The notes under the pieces: generated by a model
What the model was told of the DNA's origin: nothing
What the model saw: only the letters and a program-made list of their open reading frames with translations
Databases searched by the model: none
In this document: positions 48,798-57,319 of the stretch, one piece after another
Numbering within the stretch: the stretch's first letter is position 1
Layout of the letters: the number at the start of each line of letters is the position of its first letter
Assembly (NCBI GenBank): GCA_030753015.1
Contig: JASMDC010000009.1
Span: 37,758-101,757, forward strand
Length of the DNA stretch: 64,000 nucleotides
Direction: 5' to 3'
Source of the DNA: Candidatus Undinarchaeales archaeon
Lineage (GTDB): Archaea > SpSt-1190 > JASMDC01
Position numbers and translations under genes: made by a program

Positions 48798-49652
48798 TCA
48801 CGCGTCACCGTTGATGGCCTGTTCGAACACACCCTTCAGACCGTCCTTCTCTAAGGTGCGGGAGAAGTCCCAGTAGCCAGCGGTGTACTCGCGCTTGGCG
48901 TGGACGTGGAGGGTGCTCATGCGTTCCTTGTACAGGTCCTGCATCTCTTTAGTGCCCTGCTCGGCGAGCACCTGCTCCTCCATCACCAGGGCGAAGCCCT
49001 CCTTGAGGCGTGTGTCCGGCTGGAGCGTGAACATGGGATCGCCTATCGTAAAGGGCCATGGAGCTTCGCGGATGCCGTTGTGCAGGTGGTGCATGGCCTC
49101 GTGGACCATGATTGTCTGGAGCTGGGCCGAACGTGTGTAGCCTTCGTACGCCGTGCCCTCGAGAACATCCTCGTTAGTGGGGAGCGTGCCATAGTCGCCC
49201 ACCTTGTCCTCCACCGTCATCCGCAGCGGGGCGGAGTCGAAGCATCCGTTGTAGCGATCGGTCGTGGGCACCACCCTCAGTATGTCCACGGTGAGGTCGT
49301 CAAGGTGCTGGAGGTACTGTGGTGCGTGGTCGGCGAGGTAAGAACGTACGCGCCCCATGGCCTCCTCGAAGTTGCGCTCAACGAGCTTTCGGTCCGCGGA
49401 CAGGTAAGTTGACCGATGGACGATCTCGTCCTTGTCCCCCATGACCTTGTAAACACCGGGGAGCTTGCGGTCCAGAACGCCAAGGGTCTCGAGGGTGTCG
49501 CGCTCCTGTCCATCGGGGAGCGGCCCCACATGGTAGCCGTGCAAGGTGCGCTCGCTCGCCTTCTGGTAGATGGACAGGCCTTTCTCGCCGACAGTCTCAA
49601 GGAGAGCTCCCTCAAGGTCCATATCGGCAGGATCGGCGTACACGTTAGGCAC
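48798..49652 (-). CDS. Orphan zincin-like metallopeptidase domain protein
   Basis: IMVHEAMHH followed by LKEGFALVME (gluzincin pattern); TATA ~30 bp upstream. Confidence 0.7.
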   Translation of the reverse strand: MPNVYADPADMDLEGALLETVGEKGLSIYQKASERTLHGYHVGPLPDGQERDTLETLGVLDRKLPGVYKVMGDKDEIVHRSTYLSADRKLVERNFEEAMGRVRSYLADHAPQYLQHLDDLTVDILRVVPTTDRYNGCFDSAPLRMTVEDKVGDYGTLPTNEDVLEGTAYEGYTRSAQLQTIMVHEAMHHLHNGIREAPWPFTIGDPMFTLQPDTRLKEGFALVMEEQVLAEQGTKEMQDLYKERMSTLHVHAKREYTAGYWDFSRTLEKDGLKGVFEQAINGDA

Positions 49653-49725
49653 CTCGCGGGGCAGATGACCCCTCGCTGGTTAATAAAGGTTCCCTTTTGT
49701 TACTACTTTATAGGGGTAAACGGGC

Positions 49726-51000
49726 TCACTCGACAGGGTCCATCCGGTCCTCCAGGGCATAGATACCCCGTACCATCTCCAGGCAGTCGAAGGCGTCGAA
49801 CCGCTGCTTCATGCGGTCCACAGCTTCATCGGTAAGTGTGTAGCTCGCCGGGAGCAGGAACTCGATGATGTTCACAGCGTCCTCGAACCTGCGGTCCCGA
49901 TGATAGCGACTCTCCCGCTCCACATGCTCACGCAGATGCTCGATCATCTCCTCCCTGGCACCGTCCTCGCCCAGCTCCTTTACCCGGTGCTGCCAGTACT
50001 CGTTGTGGCCGTCCTCGAAGAAGTCGTCCTTGCGGATGAGCTCGGCAGCCGTCTCGATGAGCTCGGTCTTGGAGTAGTATTTCTGGGTGGCCGCCCTTTC
50101 CGGAGTGAGAGTGCTCCCCTCCCACAGCCGGGCGTACTCGGTACGGAGCTCCTCGTAGAACGCCTTGTACTGGGGACGAGCGCGCTCGAAGATGGGACGG
50201 AAGGCGTTGAAGAACACACAGGACGAGCCGGGGATGTGATCGGAGGCCTTCTCGACGAACTCCGTGAGCTTGGCCGGATCTCGGACTATGTCGGTGGCGG
50301 AGAAGCCGAACTCGGTAGCGAACGCGTCGTCATGCTCCTCGTAGCTCTCCCTTATCTTGGGGAGGGTGTGATGGTAGAACCATGAGTCGAGCACCGGATC
50401 GTCCCGGGCGAGGACGTTGAGGGCGTGGTAGCCGAGGACCTGGCCTGGGATTTCGGTACGGAAGGCGTTGAGGAAGCGATTTGTGTTGTCGGTGAGCGCA
50501 TCACCGGTATCGGTGTCCAGCTTGTACTCCTGCTTGTCGAGCAGAGCATCATCGGCCCAGTGAGCGTACTCGTGGGCCAGCACCCACGCATTCTCCGCAA
50601 TTTTGTTGGAGGGGGCGATGAACACCGTGGACTTTCCAGTGAAGTCGTGGACGATGCGATTGGCGGCGTGGATGTAGTGCCGGGAGAGACTGTTCTCGGG
50701 CGCGAGGTCGTCGCCGTCGTTGATGAGGGTGGACTCGTGGCAGTACAGCCCCTTCCAGTGACCGTAGTTGGTCACGTAGGCGTGGGGGGCCTCGACATCA
50801 GGGGCATTGAACATGTCCATGTACACGTCGACCACGGCATCGCAGTACGCAGTGATGACGGGCTGATCCTCGGGGGTGAGCTCGACGGCCTTGTACGCGA
50901 ACTCCCGACCATGGATCTCCCCGAGTTCGTTCCAGGTGGCCCACAGGGCCTTGGTCTCAGCGATGATCCCTTCGCCGTCGAAGGAGTAGTCCGTCTCCAC
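49726..51000 (-). CDS. Orphan acidic protein with HEXXH motif
   Basis: VLAHEYAHW with a downstream E (RTEIPG); TATA ~25 bp upstream of GTG. Confidence 0.68.
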   Translation of the reverse strand: METDYSFDGEGIIAETKALWATWNELGEIHGREFAYKAVELTPEDQPVITAYCDAVVDVYMDMFNAPDVEAPHAYVTNYGHWKGLYCHESTLINDGDDLAPENSLSRHYIHAANRIVHDFTGKSTVFIAPSNKIAENAWVLAHEYAHWADDALLDKQEYKLDTDTGDALTDNTNRFLNAFRTEIPGQVLGYHALNVLARDDPVLDSWFYHHTLPKIRESYEEHDDAFATEFGFSATDIVRDPAKLTEFVEKASDHIPGSSCVFFNAFRPIFERARPQYKAFYEELRTEYARLWEGSTLTPERAATQKYYSKTELIETAAELIRKDDFFEDGHNEYWQHRVKELGEDGAREEMIEHLREHVERESRYHRDRRFEDAVNIIEFLLPASYTLTDEAVDRMKQRFDAFDCLEMVRGIYALEDRMDPVE

Positions 51001-51100
51001 GATGTCGGCCGCCTGGGATGCGGTTATTAAAGGTTCCCCCGGGTGCTCCGAGATGTGAGGGCCTCATCCCTCCTTTCTTTCGGGCTCACATGCACGATCA

Positions 51101-51117
51101 GTTCATGGATCATGAAC
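51101..51117. repeat. Inverted repeat GTTCATG-N3-CATGAAC between divergent peptidase-like genes
   Basis: Directly visible; possible operator. Confidence 0.4.
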
Positions 51118-51215
51118 ACTCTTTTCAGAAAACGTGAACGAACGCCCCCCGACCCATGGGAAAGCCATATAAACCGGATGTCGGGCTGGACACCGTCATC
51201 CTAGGAGGACATGGT

Positions 51216-52814
51216 ATGCTCGAGGTCGACGATCCAACCTTCGACGCGGAGGCAGCGCCCTACGTCGAGGACTTCTCGAAGCAGTACGAGCAGCTGTCCC
51301 TGGACTCAAACCAGGCATACTGGGACCTCTACTCCACGGGTAAGAGCGACGAACTGGAGAAAGTGCAGGAGCGCGAGCGTGAGCTGTACAGCAGCGACGA
51401 GCTGTATACCAACATGGCCAAGTGGGACGGCCATATCACCGACCCCATGCTCGCCCGACAGGTAAAGGGCCTGTACGAGGCCGCCAAGCAGTACCACTCG
51501 GACAAGGACCGACTGGAAGAGATCGACAAGAAGACCAACGAGGTCAACGAGATCCACATGAACTACCGGGCCACCTACCAGGGCAAGGAGGTGACCGACA
51601 CCGAGCTCAGGAAGGTCCTGGAGGAGGAGAAGAACCCGGCCCTGCGCAAGGAGGCGTGGCTCGCGTCCAACGCAAAAGGCGACAAGGTCGCACCGGGGCT
51701 CATCGAGCTCGTGAAGCTGCGCAACGAGTTCGCCCAATCGCAGGGATACTCCAACTTCTTCGAGATGAGGTTGAAGGAGCAGGACATCGATCCTCAGAAG
51801 CTGTACGACCTGCTCGATGACCTCGACAAGGTATCAGAGGCCCCCTTCACCGAGCGCAGGGATGCTTCGAAGGAGAAGATCGCCAAATTATTCAACATCC
51901 AGTTGGACGAGCTCAGGCCGTGGCATTTCGGGTATGACATCGACAAGTTCTCCAAGGAGCTCGACGCCCACTTCCCCAAGAGCCGGCAGCTCAAGATCCT
52001 CAAATCATCCTACAATGACATGGGCTACGACCTCGATGCGATGGGTGTGCAGTACGACCTCGAGCAGCGGCCGGGGAAGACCCAGCACGCCTTCTGCTTC
52101 GGAATGAGCATCCCCGACGACGTGCGCATCATCGCCAACGAGGAGCCCACCCATTACTTCCAAGAAGTGCTCCATCACGAGAGCGGACACGCAGTGTACG
52201 ACAAGGGCATCCCCGCGGCCCTGCCCCCACTCCTGCGCGGCTGCGCCTCCTCGGTGATGACCGAGGGTGCTGCCATGATGTTCGAGCGCCTAGCCAATGA
52301 TGCAGCATGGCTCCAGGAGTACGGTGGTGTGCCCAAGGAGCTTGCAGAGCGTAATGAGGAGAAGAACCGAAAGGGCGGGCAATCCTTCATCCGCGCCTAC
52401 CTCGCATACATCAACTTCGAGAAGGCGTTGTACGAGGATCCCGACCAGGACCTTGCCGGACTGTGGTGGGATTTGCGGGAGAAATACTCGCAGACGCCGA
52501 AGCCCGAGGACACATCCCTCAACGGCTGGGCCGAGACCATCCACTTCACCGGTTACCCGGCCTACCTCCAGAACTACCTGCTGGCAGAGATGGTAGCAGC
52601 CCAGCTGCATGACAAACTTGTCGATGAGAACGGCTCAGTGATCGGTAATCCCAAGACGGCCGAATGGCTCGACCGCGAGGTGTTCGCCCAGGGAGCGACC
52701 ATGGACGAGGCAGACCTGCTCGTGCAGGCCACCGGCGAGAAGCTGAACCCGCAGCACTACGTGGACTACGTTTTCGGCCGGGATGATGATGATCGGGACG
52801 ACGGGAATCCCTGA
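51216..52814 (+). CDS. M3/M2-family (oligoendopeptidase/ACE-like) metallopeptidase
   Basis: LVKLRNEFA..GYSNF, RPGKTQHAFC, LHHESGHAVY, TEG, IHF..YPAY..NYLL; AGGAGG RBS before ATG 51216. Confidence 0.9.
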   Translation: MLEVDDPTFDAEAAPYVEDFSKQYEQLSLDSNQAYWDLYSTGKSDELEKVQERERELYSSDELYTNMAKWDGHITDPMLARQVKGLYEAAKQYHSDKDRLEEIDKKTNEVNEIHMNYRATYQGKEVTDTELRKVLEEEKNPALRKEAWLASNAKGDKVAPGLIELVKLRNEFAQSQGYSNFFEMRLKEQDIDPQKLYDLLDDLDKVSEAPFTERRDASKEKIAKLFNIQLDELRPWHFGYDIDKFSKELDAHFPKSRQLKILKSSYNDMGYDLDAMGVQYDLEQRPGKTQHAFCFGMSIPDDVRIIANEEPTHYFQEVLHHESGHAVYDKGIPAALPPLLRGCASSVMTEGAAMMFERLANDAAWLQEYGGVPKELAERNEEKNRKGGQSFIRAYLAYINFEKALYEDPDQDLAGLWWDLREKYSQTPKPEDTSLNGWAETIHFTGYPAYLQNYLLAEMVAAQLHDKLVDENGSVIGNPKTAEWLDREVFAQGATMDEADLLVQATGEKLNPQHYVDYVFGRDDDDRDDGNP

Positions 52815-52908
52815 GCGGACGACCTGTTAACACCGCCCCACCGAAAGCTTTAAGGGCAACCTCCGTAACGATACAGTAGCAGTTGCGAGCACCATCTCGC
52901 GGTGAGAT

Positions 52909-53151
52909 ATGATGGTGGAAGAACCATTCCTCTTTGAACGGCTCGTGTATCCTTTCACCGAGCTCGTGGACATCCCGGCCTGGACCTGGCCTCTGCTGGT
53001 CGCGCTGTTCGCAGCGGTCATGGCACTTGCTTACCGGGACCGCCTGCGGGCCGCAGAGGAGCAGGAGCGAGCCAGCCGGTTCCCTGATGCTTGGAGCGAT
53101 CCGCCGGGCAACCCCTGCTCTCGCATCAAGTCGATCCAGAAGAGTCAGTGA
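52909..53151 (+). CDS. Small single-TM protein ending in a WSDPPGxPCxRI motif
   Basis: TM segment WPLLVALFAAVMALA; GGTGA RBS; C-terminal motif shared with the next ORF. Confidence 0.68.
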   Translation: MMVEEPFLFERLVYPFTELVDIPAWTWPLLVALFAAVMALAYRDRLRAAEEQERASRFPDAWSDPPGNPCSRIKSIQKSQ

Positions 53152-53255
53152 ACACTACTGTGTATGACCTGTATATACATTAGTTTTATAGCGATTCAGC
53201 GCTTACAGAGTATTTGGGCGTTATACGCGAGAATTATCTGTGAGGGGCGAGAACA

Positions 53256-53423
53256 ATCGACGAAGAACAACCGCTACTACACACGGTGCTGCGCACGGTG
53301 GCCGATGTGCTGGGGATGGAGTCGGAGGAGCGACCCCGGCCACCGAGTGCGTGGAGCGATCCGCCCGGCAGACCTTGCCAGAGGATTACCAAGCTCCAGC
53401 GTACCAAGAGCGCTTGTGCCTGA
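53256..53423 (+). CDS. Small protein with WSDPPGxPCxRI motif (start uncertain: ATC 53256, GTG 53286 or ATG 53316)
   Basis: Frame not in the ORF track: IDEEQPLLHTVLRTVADVLGMESEERPRPPSAWSDPPGRPCQRITKLQRTKSACA*. Confidence 0.55.
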   Translation: MDEEQPLLHTVLRTVADVLGMESEERPRPPSAWSDPPGRPCQRITKLQRTKSACA

Positions 53424-53612
53424 GCCGTGAGCGAAAGTGAGAAAGGGAAGGTAGGAAACCCGGCGGGAAGGGAGAGATGGCCGGGGCGCTTCTTCTATCG
53501 ATACATCGGTCTCTTAACGGAAGGATGGTGATGGGCCGGGGACGATGCCCCGGCACGTAGGTGATGGTTTGAGGTCGTGGTCGATCCTAAGTGATGAACG
53601 GTCGTACGGCCC

Positions 53613-54170
53613 CTATACCGCGTCGATGTCGGCCTGGTCAAGGTTCTCCTGTGGTCCGCCGGTGGTGCCGTAGGGTCCAAGATCGGTGGGCGTGTAGGTA
53701 CGGTCCGAGGGATTAGGGATGAACTCGTTGACGTATGACGCTTGGTGCTCGTGGTGCTGGTTGAAGCTATGGAGCCGGCCGTTCATGTGCTCGACCACAT
53801 TCTCGGCAACCGCGCCCTGCCACATTGAGTGGCACTCGCCGCTGATGGCGATGTACTTCTGCTCGCGTCCGGTCTCGCCGTAGAATCCCATGACCTGGGC
53901 CTGCTTGCACAGGCTGTAGCCGCGCACGCCGTCGGCGGCGATGTCCAGCACGTCCTCGATCTCGTCGGGGGTGAGCTCCGAGACGTCCAGTGTAGCGAAC
54001 CGCACCATTCCGCTGGAGCGGCCCTCGTCGATCTCACGGTCGTACCCGTGCATATCGAACCGCTCGCCGAAGAAGTACGGATCCTGGTCCCAGTCGAGGA
54101 GCCCCTTGTGGCCCTGACGTCCGATGAGGAGGTTGCCCAGTTTCTTGAGGAGCCGGCCCATGGTGTTCAC
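53613..54170 (-). CDS. Hypothetical protein, tandem paralogue B
   Basis: Colinear similarity to 54167-54778 (GYDREIDEG.SSGM, YS.CKQ.QV.GFY, DLGPYGTTGGP). Confidence 0.82.
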   Translation of the reverse strand: MNTMGRLLKKLGNLLIGRQGHKGLLDWDQDPYFFGERFDMHGYDREIDEGRSSGMVRFATLDVSELTPDEIEDVLDIAADGVRGYSLCKQAQVMGFYGETGREQKYIAISGECHSMWQGAVAENVVEHMNGRLHSFNQHHEHQASYVNEFIPNPSDRTYTPTDLGPYGTTGGPQENLDQADIDAV

Positions 54171-54778
54171 GCTCCGTACTCGCCGTCGCGCTCTTCCTGG
54201 ACCTGGTCGTGCAGCTCCTTGGCAGCATCGATGTCGGCCTGCTCGAGGTGCTCAGGGGGTCCACCAGTGGTGCCGTACGGTCCCAGGTCAAGGGGCGTGT
54301 AGGGCTGCGCGTTGGGGATGGAGACGAAGCCGTTCTGGTAGGTGACCTGATGCTCGTGGTTCTCGTTGAACTCGAAGAGCTTCCCGTTGACGTGATCCTT
54401 GTACATGCTGGCGGTGCTGCCCTGGTAGTAGTGGTGGCTCTCACCGCTCACGGCGACGTACTTCTTCTCTCCGCCGTCGCTACCCTCGGTGTAGAACCCA
54501 GCGACCTGGACCTGCTTGCACATGCTGTAGTCGCGGGCCTCGTCGGAGACGATGTCCAGGACCTGCTCGATCTCCTTGTTATCGAGCTCGGTGACGTCGA
54601 TGGTGACCAGTCGACGCATGCCGCTGGACATGCCCTCATCGATCTCCCGGTCGTAGCCGGACTGCTGGAACGTCTCGGCGTAGAAGGGATTGAAGTCCCA
54701 CTTCGTGTCCTCGCCGTGACCCTTATCACCTGTGACTATGCCTGCGAGCTTCCTCAGGAACTTGCCCATTGTGTTCAC
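54167..54778 (-). CDS. Hypothetical protein, tandem paralogue A
   Basis: See paralogue B; GTGA stop/start overlap couples the two genes. Confidence 0.82.
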   Translation of the reverse strand: MNTMGKFLRKLAGIVTGDKGHGEDTKWDFNPFYAETFQQSGYDREIDEGMSSGMRRLVTIDVTELDNKEIEQVLDIVSDEARDYSMCKQVQVAGFYTEGSDGGEKKYVAVSGESHHYYQGSTASMYKDHVNGKLFEFNENHEHQVTYQNGFVSIPNAQPYTPLDLGPYGTTGGPPEHLEQADIDAAKELHDQVQEERDGEYGA

Positions 54779-54930
54779 GTCCGTTCTTACGAGAAGCGCG
54801 CCACAGAGGCCCCCTCTTAAGCATTGCCTTGGGGAGGTCCCCCCTCACGGTCGTCACAAGAACATATAGTGCCCGACCGACATCCACCGATCATGGACGA
54901 GGAAGGTACGGACCTTTGCAGGGGGTGGAC

Positions 54931-55125
54931 GTGACGGCGGACGGCTGGCGTAACTACGCCTGGTACACGAGCGCCGACCTGGCCGATTACGCTGGAAGAT
55001 GGATCGTTGTGGTCGACCGCCGGGTGGTCGGCTCGAGCGATGGCTCCGACCTGCGTGACATGCTCCGGCGGGTGCGCGACCGGTTCCCGGGAAAGGACTC
55101 TCTGCTCGCGCTAGTACAAGCCTGA
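54931..55125 (+). CDS. Small DUF5678-like protein
   Basis: YAGRWIVVVDRRVVGS motif; GGGGTG RBS before GTG. Confidence 0.62.
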   Translation: MTADGWRNYAWYTSADLADYAGRWIVVVDRRVVGSSDGSDLRDMLRRVRDRFPGKDSLLALVQA

Positions 55126-55213
55126 TCGGCACTATGTATCATGCACAGGCCAAAGGCAACACTTTTAACCCGGGCCAAGACCTCAACAGTCCTGTTCTAG
55201 TGGAGATGCACCC

Positions 55214-55651
55214 ATGTACACTGATATTGCTGCACCTGAGGGCACGGAGGTGCTCGACTATCTGGCCGAGCATGGTATGCAGGAGTTCGCGGGCCTCATG
55301 CACGCGACCGGCCTCTCCTCCACAGAGGTCATGGAACAGCTGGACGGCCTGAACAAGGCCGGACTCCTGGAGCAGTATCCCTTGCGAGGATGCGGCGAGA
55401 CCTACATGGACCTCAAGGAAGAGGTGCTAGAGGCGCGCGAAGTGTTCAGCTACCTGGCCGAGCATGGTATGCAGGAGTTCGTGGGCGTCTCCAACGGCAC
55501 GGGTCTCGACCTCACAGAGACCATGCACCAGATGGGCGTGCTCAACCGCGCGGGCCTGCTGGAGCGACATCCTTTACGGGGGTGTGGCGAGGAGTACTTC
55601 TCGCTCCCCGAGGACGTGCCCGAGGTCGTCGTGCATTACATGGGCAGATAG
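55214..55651 (+). CDS. Protein with two tandem winged-helix-like repeats
   Basis: EV..YLAEHGMQEF.G...TGL...E.M.Q...LN.AGLLE..PLRGCGE.Y occurs twice. Confidence 0.78.
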   Translation: MYTDIAAPEGTEVLDYLAEHGMQEFAGLMHATGLSSTEVMEQLDGLNKAGLLEQYPLRGCGETYMDLKEEVLEAREVFSYLAEHGMQEFVGVSNGTGLDLTETMHQMGVLNRAGLLERHPLRGCGEEYFSLPEDVPEVVVHYMGR

Positions 55652-55691
55652 GGCCATCCCCCAAGGGAAGGCCAAAGACGGTGGACCAGCC

Positions 55692-55961
55692 ATGCCGTGG
55701 AAGGAAGTTGAACGGGAGTTGAAAGGTCTTTCCCGTGAGCGGACGGTCCCACTCGACATACCTGACTTCGTGTTCCAGGAGCTGGCGAACGTGGGCGTGC
55801 GCACGGGACTGGACCTGGACGACGCCTTCGATGTGCTGTCCGAGCTGGACGAAGCGGGCCGCACCCGGGTATTCCCCACGCCAAAGGGTATCGACCCCCG
55901 CCGTCACCCGCAGCCCCCGCCCCGGCCCCACGAGCCCACCAAGAGGTACCTGCGCAGCTGA
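55692..55961 (+). CDS. Hypothetical protein with a single divergent copy of the preceding winged-helix-like repeat
   Basis: FQELANVGVRTGLDLDDAFDVLSELDEAGRTRVFP aligns to MQEFVGVSNGTGLDLTETMHQMGVLNRAGLLERHP. Confidence 0.6.
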   Translation: MPWKEVERELKGLSRERTVPLDIPDFVFQELANVGVRTGLDLDDAFDVLSELDEAGRTRVFPTPKGIDPRRHPQPPPRPHEPTKRYLRS

Positions 55962-56011
55962 GGGCACCCTGGTAGGTCAGACTTATATCGTTCGCAGCCC
56001 ATCCGTCCTCC

Positions 56012-57229
56012 GTGGACCAAGGTGAGGTGGACGCCTACGTAGACGCGTACCTCGCCCGTGGCTACACCCTCGACCAGGTCCGCCAGGGCCTCATGAATGC
56101 CGGTGTACCAGCCGCCCAGGCGTACGCCCACCCAAAGCTCCAGAACCCCTCAGGCTCGTACTACGCCGCCTACGCTGCCGGATACGGTGGGTACGGCGGC
56201 TATAGCGAGTACGGCTACGGCCAGCAGGCCGCTGCCGCCGGGGACGGCGAGGACGTGTCCGTTCCGGCCGAGGAGGCAGCGCCGCCCCCTGGTGAGCCGG
56301 AAGTGGGCGGGCACGGGATGCTCGTACCGGTGGTGCTCGTTATCGTGCTGCTGGTGGCCGCCGGCGGGGGGTACTGGTACGTCCAGGGAGGCGCCGCCCC
56401 CGTAGCGACACCGACCGTGGAGCCTATGGTGAGCGCCACACTCGCGCCGACGACCACACCAACGGCGACCCCTGCCCCCCTAGGCACACCATTGCCCACT
56501 CCCACACCGCGGCCCACCTTCGGCCCGGTGACCACCGACACGGCCAGCCCCACGCCCAGGGCTCCCCGCGAGTACTGTGATTACACCGACATGGCCGTGA
56601 TCACCATGGCCCATGACAAGTCCGGCGTCCCGCTCGAACCGGTACCGGGCGAGGAGGCAGTGGCCCAGCTCTACGCCCAGGGAAGAGTGCAGAAGTTCTA
56701 CATGCAGGGCGGCGTGGTCAACCAGTACGTAGTGGACGGGAAGGACAGCAGCCAAGCGGGGGCAGCGCTCGCCGGACTGGTGTTCGTGGAGGCGTGCGGG
56801 GCGACGACCCTTGCCTTCTACGACACCTTGGCCGAAGGTGGTGGCGGCGTGATGGCGCCAGACTTCAACGCAGACGACCGGTGGTTCGAGCGCAAGGGAT
56901 TCACCGCTGAGGACGTGACCTGGACTCGGTGCAGACTGGGCGTGGTGGGCGATGCGTCGTACGTGGTTTGGGAGACACGACGTCACGCACCATCGCTCGA
57001 TGAGAGCGGCCCAGATAGTCTGGAGGTACGGTTCGAGGAGCTATGGCGCGATACCGGGTTCGTCAAGAAGGTAATCACGGTGGACGGGCCGGCGGGGACG
57101 ATCGTGGATATAGCGACATCGATAGACGATCTCGTGGCCTCGCCCCCTCAGGGCGCCTCGGTGGCCGTCAGGGAGTTCGGCTACCTGTTCGGCAACGGTG
57201 ATCGACTAGGACGGGTCGAGACGCGGTAG
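56012..57229 (+). CDS. Single-TM protein with cytoplasmic helical N-domain, Pro/Thr-rich stalk and extracellular domain
   Basis: YV..YLARGYTLDQVRQGLMNAG, Gly/Tyr-rich linker, TM, PTPTP stalk. Confidence 0.78.
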   Translation: MDQGEVDAYVDAYLARGYTLDQVRQGLMNAGVPAAQAYAHPKLQNPSGSYYAAYAAGYGGYGGYSEYGYGQQAAAAGDGEDVSVPAEEAAPPPGEPEVGGHGMLVPVVLVIVLLVAAGGGYWYVQGGAAPVATPTVEPMVSATLAPTTTPTATPAPLGTPLPTPTPRPTFGPVTTDTASPTPRAPREYCDYTDMAVITMAHDKSGVPLEPVPGEEAVAQLYAQGRVQKFYMQGGVVNQYVVDGKDSSQAGAALAGLVFVEACGATTLAFYDTLAEGGGGVMAPDFNADDRWFERKGFTAEDVTWTRCRLGVVGDASYVVWETRRHAPSLDESGPDSLEVRFEELWRDTGFVKKVITVDGPAGTIVDIATSIDDLVASPPQGASVAVREFGYLFGNGDRLGRVETR

Positions 57230-57319
57230 TACCGGACCACCGTGACCCCTGGTGACATCCGCCACCGGCATTTTTTTAAGCATGGCCCCACTGTCCGGGA
57301 CCGTACGAAGGGATGATCC

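Noticed and set aside
53430-53612. Intergenic hairpin GCCGGGG-N6-CCCCGGC and a TGATGA box
   Set aside because: Short GC stem expected by chance or a simple terminator between convergent genes; no matching D box recognised
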